64,000 bases of DNA from Amoebophrya sp. A120 (taxonomy: Eukaryota > Protista > Dinoflagellata), in assembly GCA_905178155.1 (NCBI GenBank), contig CAJINV010000015.1, positions 1,542,538 to 1,606,537 on the forward strand, read 5' to 3'. Position 1 is the stretch's first letter. Each line of letters starts with the position of its first letter. The notes below the pieces were generated by a model. It saw nothing but the letters and a program-made list of their open reading frames with translations. It was not told the origin of the DNA and ran no database searches. The position numbers and the translations under genes were made by a program. Shown here in pieces: positions 12,301-22,311 of the stretch.

Positions 12301-14807
12301 CTTTTCGATATGGGGAGGGAGGATTTTTCCTCTCAATACACGTCCGCGGAGGAGGCGAAATTGGCGCAGTTGACCATGAACGGCTTCCCCACCATCGACG
12401 AAAACAACAATCAAAAGGTCATTCAGGTCGCCATTCGTGGCCAGCGCAACATGATCGGAGGGGCACCCGGCGCCGCAGGAATGGGCGGAGGTACTAATAC
12501 TGGGATAATGGAAATAGTAAAACAAGACGACAAAGATAATGAAGGTGAATTTCAAACAGAAAGAACAGAATTCCATTTCAGTATCTCATCAAAAAACCAA
12601 AAATGCTATTGAAGTAGATGAAAGCACGCTCGTCTTGTAATAATCCCATGGTGATCTTGCTCGGGTAACAACTGCACGAGCACGACAGCGAACTGCAGAG
12701 CATGATCAGTCAGTGTCCAAAAACACGTCCGTCAGAAGGAAGTTGTTGTGCTGCTGCGGTGTAAAAATAAAGTAGAACAATTCTGCTGTCGAACATAAAG
12801 GGGCAGTACAACATCAAACCTGTTCCAAAAATTCCCCACATCCCACATGACAGTTATTGAGAGCATGTTTGACCCGGAAACCACGGCGATGCTGGACCAG
12901 CAATCGCAAATTCACATGCAAATGAATCTACCTCCCCAAAGCCAAAGCCAAAATCCGCTTTTGAAGAGCAGAGGTACTATGATAAATGCTCGAATGAACA
13001 TATGACAGTGCACAACTCCCCCTCCCCCTCATTTGTCATGCAAAACACCAAATCCAAACTGTGTTTCTTGGCATTGTTTGCATGACAAACCTACCAGAAG
13101 CTCAAACAGCACTTCACTCCTGTGGAAATTTGTCATGCAAAAGAACCGGCATTCTTGCTGACCCTTGTATTGCCGTTCATGCTAGACAAATGAGGGGGAG
13201 GGGGAATTGTGCACTCTCATAGAACACCACCAGCAATATTAATCCTCTTCTAGATCCGGCGACTGCCATGGGTCCGACCACCAACCTGCCCTCCAACGCG
13301 AGTATCCAAGAAAAAAACGTTGTAGGTGTAACTTTTTTGGAGGAGCAGCATTACAAATTTGTCTGGCATGACAGCAAAAACCTGTCATGCTACGGGAAAA
13401 CGCCGCTGAATGGACCCTACGATGCATGCTAAGCATGACAGACGCAGTCATCTTGTAGATTGCGCATCACAAATTTACACTAACAGCGTTTTTTTCTTGG
13501 ATAGCGAGCGCAAACCCAGACAACCCGTATGGAATCGGCATGCAGCATATCAAATGCAAAATAAATGTCTGGGTCTGGAAACTTGTGATGCTGGGTGGCG
13601 TCTCATGATGAGGCCACAAATGCTGGCTCAGCATGACAAGTTTCTGAGTTTCTAGGTGTTGCCTACTCTGCATGACAAACTGCGTTTCTGCATCACAGAA
13701 AAATCGACTGGAGCGCTTGGGTAACGTGCATGACAGATTTAAGAGTCATGCCAGACAAGCATGACAAACATGCACTCTTCCAGACCCAGACATTTTTGCA
13801 CTTGATGCAGCAACAACCGGGCATGGCAGGAGCAGGGGGCAACATGAGTACTAGCAGTACCGGCCATCTGATGATGCCACCGAACAGTAATTCCTTCGGC
13901 GGGAGTGGTGGAAATGGAATGCGTATGCATAATGCAAAAGTATCGTACTAGTAGAAATTGTCGTGTGGTAAATTTCTTCTGCGTGAGAAATGAATGCTCC
14001 AATCCGGATTTACCTCGACCTCGAAAAGTGGTAGATTGCATGACTGCGATTTTTTTACTACGAGTGTGATACTTTTGCAATGGATAAAAAAAATGCAAGG
14101 CTCTAGTTCTATGCCGGACTACCCCTTCGCCCCAAGCGCGACCAAGGGCATGGGGAAGGCGCAACCGGGCAAGGAGCACTTGAAGAACATCAGCTGCATC
14201 TACTGGATGGCCGGGCACTGCCACCGAGGAGAGTCGTGTTTCTACAAGCACGACCCGTTGGAATTTAACACGAAACCCATGGGCGCGTCCCGCCCCAACT
14301 TGTCTGCGCATCAAGGCGAGCACCAGGTGAGCAGCTTTAACCAAGCGGTGGCGGAGCTGCAGCTGCAACAGCAGGGCCTCGCACCTGGTGGATCATCTTC
14401 GGGGGGTAAAGGTGGCTTCCGTTCTTCGAACAACCCGAACAACATGCCTATCCACTGCAAGTATGTCTGGGTCGGGAAGGGCGCAACTTGTGATGCGCAT
14501 TTCAGATCGCAGAAAAATCTGTCTTGCAGAAAGAGGAAAAGTAGTTGTCTATTTTTGGTCGTGGTGAGAGCGGATTTCTCATGCAGAGTGGGCATCGTGA
14601 AGCTCTCGAAGACCCTGCGATGCTGGTCCCTGCATGCCAGACACTCTTGGTCATGCAAAACCTGCATTACAAACATCTGCATTCATCCAGACCCAGCCAT
14701 ATTTGCAGTGCATAATGCCACTCGGGGGCGCGGGCGGAATGGGAATCGCGGGACTGGGCATTGGTTCGAAAGTGGTTTCCACGGGTGATTATGACACGGG
14801 GAGCTAG
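6333..14807 (+). CDS. Multidomain RNA-binding protein: Gly/Pro/Met low complexity, cold-shock domain, RD-rich tract, WW-like, RRM, CCCH zinc finger
   Basis: GT-AG introns 6351-6577, 6801-6953, 9012-9269 and 10986-11310, plus 14 introners. Spliced product gives KGFGFAWS..GDVFLHCSEV (CSD), WAEY..GTYWVH..T.EKP (WW-like), VYIQNVPLTWT..RGYAFVTF (RRM) and C-x7-C-x5-C-x3-H. The junction across ~12490-12800 is unresolved, so the CCCH part could be a separate gene. Confidence 0.75.
7357..7565. mobile_element. Introner family E
   Basis: TIR TATCGCAAGAAAAAACTGTTTCACTGTGA; TSD CAGAT/CAGAT; removal gives QDQQMNSDQ. Confidence 0.92.
7809..8121. mobile_element. Introner, singleton family with near-perfect TIR
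   Basis: TIR TATGGAAGTGTCAGAATCGAAATCGACAA; TSD TGTTT/TGTTT; removal restores CSD motif DVFLH. Confidence 0.93.
8369..8620. mobile_element. Introner family A
   Basis: TSD CCGCA/CCGCA; family A TIRs. Confidence 0.92.
8657..8800 (+). repeat. Coding tandem repeat (K(G)DNWGGG)n, 21/24-nt units
   Basis: About 6 copies of GACAACTGGGGCGGCGGCAAG-like units. Confidence 0.85.
9616..9867. mobile_element. Introner family A
   Basis: TSD CTGGA/CTGGA. Confidence 0.9.
10064..10319. mobile_element. Introner family A
   Basis: TSD CGCGG/CGCGG. Confidence 0.9.
10500..10763. mobile_element. Introner family A
   Basis: TSD CGCGA/CGTGA. Confidence 0.88.
11395..11612. mobile_element. Introner family B
   Basis: TIR TATGAGAGTGCACAACTCCCCCTCCCCCTCATTTG; TSD TTCCC/TTTCC; splits the RRM. 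Confidence 0.9.
11690..11956. mobile_element. Introner family A (diverged)
   Basis: TSD CGCCG/CGCCG; inside the RRM. Confidence 0.88.
12017..12338. mobile_element. Introner family C
   Basis: TIR TATCAAAATGAAAAATCCCCCCTCCCCATAT; TSD CACGT/CACGT. Confidence 0.9.
13001..13221. mobile_element. Introner family B
   Basis: TSD GAACA/GAACA. Confidence 0.9.
13303..13503. mobile_element. Introner family E
   Basis: TIR TATCCAAGAAAAAAACG; TSD GCGAG/GCGAG. Confidence 0.9.
13548..13807. mobile_element. Introner family A (3' end ATG)
   Basis: TSD CAGCA/CAGCA; close copy of 837-1088. Confidence 0.9.
13924..14086. mobile_element. Introner family F (TSD eroded)
   Basis: TIR TATGCATAATGCAAAAGTATC / GATACTTTTGCAATGGATA; removing element+5 nt keeps the frame. 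Confidence 0.75.
14449..14714. mobile_element. Introner family A
   Basis: TSD ATGCC/ATGCC. Confidence 0.9.
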
Positions 14808-15787
14808 AACTGGCAGGAGATGAAAGATGCTAATACGCACAACGGGTGAATAAAGTTGTTGCAGATGATGAGCGAGATGTTGAACTTCTGATCTGAGTAG
14901 TAGATGTCCCAGAGCCAGGCTCATCCAGCTTGATTCAGTAGATTGAAACAAGTTACTTCATCACCTCATGGCTACTTTCATCAAAATCAGAAGCTGAAAT
15001 ACATTTTCGTTGAGTTATAGCAATTGGAAGTAGAAGACGACGACACACGAAACCCGCCATCAATGGGAGATACTCAACGCTGCAGCTGCGATCGCAGAAC
15101 AAGAACTGCTGACAACTCCGTAGTCAAGTGTTGCCTTTGTTCATGAGAAACAAAAAACCGCAAATTCTTCGTTCCCAAAACGCGAGAAGATGTATAGAAA
15201 AGCACAAACAAAACGCAAATGGTGTAAGAAAAATGAGGATCCTCAAAAGCTACTTACATACCTTCACAAAAAGCAAGATGACAATGGTGAACCACGACAA
15301 GCTGAAGTTCCACCTAAATTCTGACGAGAGAAGTAAAAGCCTGATCCACAAATATAGCGGATAAAAAACTAAACTTCGGACTCGGATTTGAATTCCTGTG
15401 TCTCAACATGTTGATACAGCATGGAAAACTCGACAGAGCAAGAAAATATCCTACAGATGAAAAAGATCCAGAAATGCTTTTGTGATATATTCCGTTGATT
15501 TTGTCGTACTAATTTCTGTCTTATACCTCATTACATTACAGTGGCGATGTCGATGTAGTTTCGAGATTTGCATATACAACTGCATACATCAAAATCTGGA
15601 ACATCATACGACAATTATTTGTTTCTAATTTTCTACAGTTGTATTTAGCAAAAAAGAGAACTTCTTCCGGAATTACTGCCTCCAGTGACTACACTCTTCT
15701 TGTGTTTAAGTATTTCTTCTAGCAGATTTTGGAGATACAGTGTCAAAGCAAACATAGAAAGATCTGAGCAGGACGACATCGTAGGTA

Positions 15788-16006
15788 GTGGACGACCTTA
15801 TCAACGATTTTTTACTAAAGATCTGTCAGCGGGCGCACTACTATTCGCATCACCGACAGAATAGAGCTCAAGCGCCAACAAACCTGGCGAGAGAGAGAGA
15901 GACGGCTGAAGACACGACGACATCGCAGCTTCCTGGAGACGCACGAATTGCTGTAGTACTACAGCTTGAGCCGACCACGAACAAGATCGATAAGCGACCC
16001 GAGTAG
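15788..16006 (+). CDS. Possible histone-fold (TAF12-like) exon
   Basis: INDFLLKICQRAHYYSHHR aligns by eye with the TAF12 helix ADDFIESVVTAACQLARHR; other exons not found. Confidence 0.25.
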   Translation: MDDLINDFLLKICQRAHYYSHHRQNRAQAPTNLARERETAEDTTTSQLPGDARIAVVLQLEPTTNKIDKRPE

Positions 16007-16069
16007 GTTTTTCCGGGACAGCACTTTGGAGCAGCAGCAGCAGTACACTTCGCGTTCACACCGGTTCAT

Positions 16070-16300
16070 TATGAAAGTGCACACCTCCCCCTCCCCCTCA
16101 TTTGTCATGCAAAATCCCGAATCCAGCTGCTGCCTTGTGATTGTATGTAGCACTGTTTGCATGACAAATTCTGGAAGCCCAAACAGTACTTACTACATAA
16201 GGCACATAGATTTGTCATGCATAGGCTCCATGTGCGCTGGTGTTTGTATTGCTGTTCATGCCATACAAATGAGGGGGAGGGGGAGTTCTGCACTTTCATG
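16070..16300. mobile_element. Introner family B (3' end ATG), upstream of the next gene
   Basis: TSD TTCAT/TTCAT. Confidence 0.9.
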
Positions 16301-16359
16301 TTCATCCACCTTCGTCACGTGCCGGTTCGATAGTTTTTCTATTGATTCAGCCTTTCTTC

Positions 16360-16625
16360 TATGCATTGCAAACATGTCTGAGTCTGGAAGGACGCGAGGT
16401 TTGTCATGCTTGTCTGGCATGACTGAAGAGTTTGTGATGCGTGTCCACGAAGAGACCCTTTTGAGTACGTGTCACACAAAGACGCAGTTTATCATGCGGA
16501 AAACGCAACACTAAGCAACGTAGATATAATTTCTCATGCTTGGCTGCGCATTGCAGAGCATTTTGCACTATTCCCAACCCAGCACTACAAGTTATTTTCA
16601 GATCCAGACATATTTGCAATGCATA
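16360..16625. mobile_element. Introner family A, upstream of the next gene
   Basis: TSD TCTTC/TCTTC. Confidence 0.88.
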
Positions 16626-16679
16626 TCTTCATCTTTTCCCTTTTTCGACTTTTTTCGCTCCGGAAGTTTTTCTGCTTGC

Positions 16680-17001
16680 TATCAAAAGGAAAAATCCCCC
16701 CTCCCCATATCGAAAAGGAAGCTGTGATGCTGGATTTGCGTACACAAATGAAACTTGTCTTGCGGTAGAGGACTGCAGGCCCCTATCGAGCCTGGGGAGA
16801 GAGGTTTTTGGCTAGGGGCTTAGCATGAAAAACGTCCGCTCTGCAGGGCCTTCAGCATGACAAACCGCCTGCATAATGTGGCGGCTATCTGTGGAGTTGC
16901 CTTCTTGCAAGACAAATGTGATTTGTGACCTCAAATCAGCAACACAAATTTTCGGAAACATACCTTTTCAATATGGGGTGGGGGGATTTTTCCTTTCAAT
17001 A
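16680..17001. mobile_element. Introner family C, 16 nt before ATG 17018
   Basis: TSD CTTGC/CTTGC. Confidence 0.9.
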
Positions 17002-17017
17002 CTTGCAGCTCTCGACC

Positions 17018-20000
17018 ATGGCGGAAGATAAGGTAAGTTCTTCTACATATCAAATGTAAAAATGTCTGGGTCTGGAAGGATGCAACTTGTGATGCTATTT
17101 TTGGATTCTGAAAAAATTTGTATTGCATGACCAGCAAGAGGACCCCAGTTTGTGCTGCGCGGAGAGGGCATTTCTCATGCGGAATAGGCTTCAGGAGGGG
17201 TTCTAAAAATCTGTGATGGTAGGACATGCATTACAGGCGTCATGGGTCATGCAAATTATGCATGACAAGTCTTCCAATCTTCCAGACCCAGACAATTTTA
17301 CATTTGATACTACAACCTTAGATACAATACTGTAAATAGAAGGTAGCAACCTCCTGCTGCTACTTCTTCTCATCTTTCTCATACCCGTGACATACTTCGT
17401 CTTCGGAAAAAGATCAATTTTTTAAAAACTACATTCATTCGAGCATGCGAACTTTGCATTTTTGCTCCTTCGGAATCGGCGGCAGCTGGGCAGCTGGTTG
17501 GCAGCACGGGCAGGAGCAGCTGCTGTCTTCGCTAATATGCGCAGATATAATCATGCTCGCAGGCATAGCGAATCGAAAATCCTTTTTTATGAAGCCGTTC
17601 TTTCGATAAAAAATCGTTGTGTGCCGCGCAGATTTTTTCTTGTGGTTCTAGAAATAGTTTCGGGAATGCGAGTAGCTTGGGCACTTTCTATGAGGTAAAG
17701 ACCAAACCACGATACTACCGCACGGATGAGCAATATCAATCGAGGATAGGAAATCGACCGCAAGGAACGCAACAAACTTTTATGTGCTTATTTCCATGAA
17801 GATCCTGCACCTGCTGAAAAACAAAAAACAAAAATATGCAGCCATGAACCGGTTTTTTTTTTATATGGATAATGATGTAGCAATGCTCGTTGAAAATCCC
17901 AATCGGCCTGAAAAAATCATCGAAACAACAATCGGTTCCACAGGGCAACCTCGCTGAGAACGCGGTGTCTGCACAGCATGCCGCGCACCAAACCAACAAC
18001 CCCTTCGCGGCGGATACAAAGGAACCAGAAGGGAGTCAGTCAGGAGCCGAGCAACAGGGAGGTGCTGCAGTACCGGATGCAGCCGCGGCTCCAGCGACAA
18101 CAGGAGGTGCTCTTAGTACAACTACACCAGGGCAGCAACAACTTACCGTGCCAGGAGCAGCTGGTGCCGCCGGGGGACCGATGGACATGAGTCAGATGCA
18201 GAACATGATGATGCAAAACATGATGATGATGGGAATGATGCCCGGGGGCACGACCATGGGCAGCGCAGCAGGTGCCGCAACTAGTAACCCAGCAGGAGCA
18301 GGAGGAGTAGCCAGCAGTACAGGTCCCGATGGAACAAGTGGAAGTGCCAACGCAGCAGGAGGACCCACTAATCCGGCCTCCGCCTTGGGCGGCATGATGG
18401 GCATGCCAGGAGGTCCTATGGGAATGCCAGGCGCTATGGGCGGTCTCCCAGGGATGGGCATGCCAGGTATGGGCGGTCTACCAGGTATGGGAGGTGGAGG
18501 TCCACCGATGGGTGGCATGCCAGGAATGGGCATGTTGCCGGGAATGGGCATGCCAGGAGGAATGCCGGGAGGAATGCCAGGAGGACCGATGGGAATGATG
18601 CCGGGAGCAGGACCGATGGGGATGATGCCGGGAATGGGCATGCCGGGGATGGGTATGCCGGGAATGGGCATGCCAGGCGGTGGTCCCGGAGCAGGCATGA
18701 TGGGCGGTGGTCCCGGCGCAGGCATGATGGGCGGTGGTCCCGGGGGTCCGATGGGCGGCGGCATCCACCTGAACCCACACAACCCCAACGTGCAGTCCGG
18801 CGCGCCGCCACCGACCGGCCCAGCGACCCTCTTGCCGATCTACCAGGGGCCGGAATCCGTGGGGAAATTGATCGAGTCTTCGCCGCAGTTCGCCTCCATT
18901 AGTCGCGCCACGGAGCACATCGGCCGGGGGCAGGAGAAGAGGTATTTGGCCCGGCTGAAATCCTTCAACATCGAAAAAGGCTTCGGGTTCGTGGCAGGGG
19001 AGGAGATACATCAGGTACTATATTTGCAAAATGGAGCGTCAGTTTCTACAAGTACAACTCAACAGGATCTTGATGCCTCTGCGGCTTTTTTCTATGCAGC
19101 TACATCTTCGAAAAATTTCCAGTTTGACAACTTCTACGTACATTAGGTTTTTGCATTTACAACAGCATTTGCTATGCCAAGTAGGCATCAAAAAATATTC
19201 AAAGTATGCACAAACAATAATAAAAGGTTTTTGGCCGCGACGTTTTCGTTCACCGCACGGAGATGGAGAAAGTGACCGCACTTTACTGCTTAGTCGTCCC
19301 AGTAAACACGCTCCTCACCTTTTCGGTGGTCCTAAACAAGTCGAACCAGCCGCAGGTCCGGGAGATGCTGATCGTAGCGGATGAGGCAAAAGACAAGGAA
19401 GTTCCGCTTCTGCAGCACGTGGGACACGGAATTTCGGACCCGGGGTCCGCGCAAGGCCTGTTGATATGAGAGTGCAGAACTCCACCCTATCTCCCTCATT
19501 TGTCGTGCAAAATTAGCTATATCCAGCTTTGCCCCTTGGGAATTTTAGCATGACAGACTCTGGCAGCCCAAATACCACTACAATCCTGTGTTGAACATCT
19601 GTTATGCAAAAGCTACACTCTTGCAGGCCCTTCGATTGCTGTTCATGCAATACACATGAGGGGAAAGCAAAGGGAGTTCTGCACTGTCATAGCTGAAGAA
19701 CAACGTGCAGTACCAGATGGGTTGCGCCTGCCCCCACCTGGCGGGGATCAACCACCCCTCGAGTAACTCCGGCGTCTCGAATTCGGCCACCGGGCTGCCT
19801 AACGTGACGATTCCCGGCGCGGGCGGTGCCCTGGAGATATGAAATGCAAATATGTCTGGGTCTGGAAGGTGGCAACTTGTCATGGTAAATCTGAAGCATG
19901 CAAAAATCTGTGTTGCATGAGTGCCAAAAGCTGTCCACCTCTAACCAACTTGGAAGGGAGTTTCTCATGCAGGATAGGCATGGCAGAGACGTCGCAGAGT

Positions 20001-20950
20001 CTGTCATGCTAAGTCCCGCATTCCAGACCTCATGGGTCATGAAAAATCTGCATGACAAGTTTATTACACTTTTCCAGACCCAGACACTTTAGCACTTGAT
20101 AATAGAGCATGATGAACAACCCGATGATGCTATCCTGAGTAAAAACGTTCCCACCCCAGAGTTGTCATGCAAATCTGCATGCCAAAAAAGTCTCTCATGC
20201 GGAGCCCCATGCGAAGTATTTTCCAGTTGTGATTTGAAGTTTGTGATGCTCGAATCAGCATGATAGGCTAGATCTGTCATGCTGTTGAGCTAGCTAAACA
20301 GGATGACACTATGAGGGTGAACTTGTCATGCGGAGCAACCAAATCTGGTTGATTTGTCTAGCAGATTCCCCATCTTGACTCTGGTGTGGGGACGTTTTTA
20401 TTCAGGATAGATGCAGATGATGATGCTGGGCATGATGCCCGGCGCGGCCGGAGCGGCCGGCAGCGGCGACGAGATCAGCATTCAGACCCTGTTATGCATT
20501 GCAAATATTCCTTGGTCTGGAAGATTCTCAGACTTGTCATACACGTTTTGCATGAGCCATGAGCCCTGGAATGCAAGACCTAGCATGACACATTCTTTGA
20601 GGTCTGTATCATGCCTCTCCTGCATGAGAAACTCCCTCTCAATTTGGTCAAAAGCGGACAGCTTTTGGCACTCACGCAACACAGATTTTTGCATCATTAA
20701 GATTTAGCATGACAAGTTTCAATCTTCCAGACCCAGACATATTTGCACTTGATACCTGTCCACCACAACCGCCACCGGTGGGCAGACGAGCACAAACACG
20801 ACGACCAAAGTGGTGGACGAAGAGGAGCCGGTGGTGGGTTTCCAGGATTTCACGACGACCAACACCTACAAGGCAAACGCGGATAAGAGCACGAAATCAA
20901 CGCAAAACGGAAACAGCAAGCGCAGCCGGAGCCGGAGCCCGAGGCGGTGA
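17018..20950 (+). CDS. Gly/Pro/Met-rich cold-shock-domain RNA-binding protein with RS-like tail
   Basis: MAEDK|GTAAGT exon; GT-AG introns 17033-17943 and 19015-19226; LKSFNIEKGFGFV..RDVFVHRTE (CSD); 4 exonic introners; ends KRSRSRSPRR*. Confidence 0.78.
17048..17309. mobile_element. Introner family A nested in a GT-AG intron
   Basis: TSD CTACA/CTACA, 15 nt after the GT donor at 17033. Confidence 0.9.
19465..19691. mobile_element. Introner family B
   Basis: TSD GTTGA/GCTGA. Confidence 0.88.
19838..20101. mobile_element. Introner family A
   Basis: TSD GGAGA/ATAGA. Confidence 0.88.
20131..20409. mobile_element. Introner family D
   Basis: TIR TATCCTGAGTAAAAACGTTCCCAC; TSD GATGC/GATGC. Confidence 0.9.
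20493..20754. mobile_element. Introner family A
   Basis: TSD CCTGT/CCTGT. Confidence 0.9.
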
Positions 20951-22311
20951 GGAGTTGAGGATACTTACCATACAAGACCAATGACTAACAATAAGTACAT
21001 CATGGCACCACGTGAGAATGAAGTTGTTGCGTTACAACTAATCGTTCTACAGCGTTGATCGGAGACGAACACTCTTTTGTTCATTTTATCAGCAGTTGAA
21101 ACTACCCCAGCAGGCTCAGGAGCTCTCATTGATTTACCAAAGCAAGAACTTCCGACCGCGCCGTTGACACTTTTGTGAGAATGTGTCATCGCGATGAAAC
21201 AATGATTGCTGGCATCGATACAACTACGTCTTCGAGCTGTCTGCGAAGCACGGAGTTGTGTTAAGACTATACCAGTGAATTGTTGAGGGTGGAGTTGTAC
21301 TAGATTCATTTTTTTGTTTGTTTGTTTGCTAACGATCATATCAAGACAATAGATACTTCTTGCTGCACATTGAAGAACGACCCAACAGTATTCAAAAACA
21401 CTTTAAAAATAAAAGCTGCAGCTAGAGGCAAATTAGTATCGCCCCAGTCGGCTTCGGCTATTTGTTCATGGTGCGGCGCAGAATGGCACAGCCACTGCTT
21501 GTTTTGTTTTCGTTATTTTCATCTGTTGTCGTACGTACAATTCAATGTTGCAAGCCGTTGCACTTCTTCTTTCTTCGTGCTGCAAAAACAATGACTACCA
21601 ACAAGAAACTTGTCGTCATCTTCGTCCTCGTCGTCCGTACATCATCGTCGTGGTTTTTTTCGTTCTTAGGACCCCCGTGCAGTTCCGTTTCGTTCCTTGT
21701 AGGTCATGTGACGTCCGCAAGTGGAGGCGTCTGCGTCGTCCTTTTTCGGTTTTTCAACCGGTCGGTAAAGTTGTACTTCGTCGTAGTTGACTTCGCGTTT
21801 GACTTTTGATACAATTTTTTCGTCAAGTTTGGTTTTTGTGACATGACCGTGAGCTGCAGCTTCCATTTCCTCACCTACAAACCAGGCCCTATCGATAAGC
21901 AGGAAGCCACCTAGGGCTAGCAGATCGCGTTGTTGCCCCTCTTCTTTCACGGAATAGGTAGGCACCTGTCTACTTGACCCCCTGTACGAAATACTTAATT
22001 TTTTGTTGTATACACTTTCATTCTACCTAGTCGTGCCCTTTCAGAAACTCGTATAGCCAAGTAGAAGCAAAAAAGGCACCCTAAATGTCTTCAGTCTTAC
22101 GAGGATCTTCATCACGTAGTCGGGCCACTACTTGAAGCCGGCACTGCAGCCCGTGCATCTTCTTCAAAGAAGTAGCGCCCCACGACTTCATCTAGTAAAT
22201 CACTTCATCTGTGCATACAACTCGAGCACCAGCTGTACTTGATTCGTGATTTTTAACCCCGGCGAAGAACGTACAACGAGCAAGTACCAAACCCGTTTTA
22301 TTTACCAAAAC

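Noticed and set aside
16026-16680. Minus-strand gene spanning the introners at 16070-17001
   Set aside because: After removing the elements, all three minus-strand frames hit stops near the 16360 junction.
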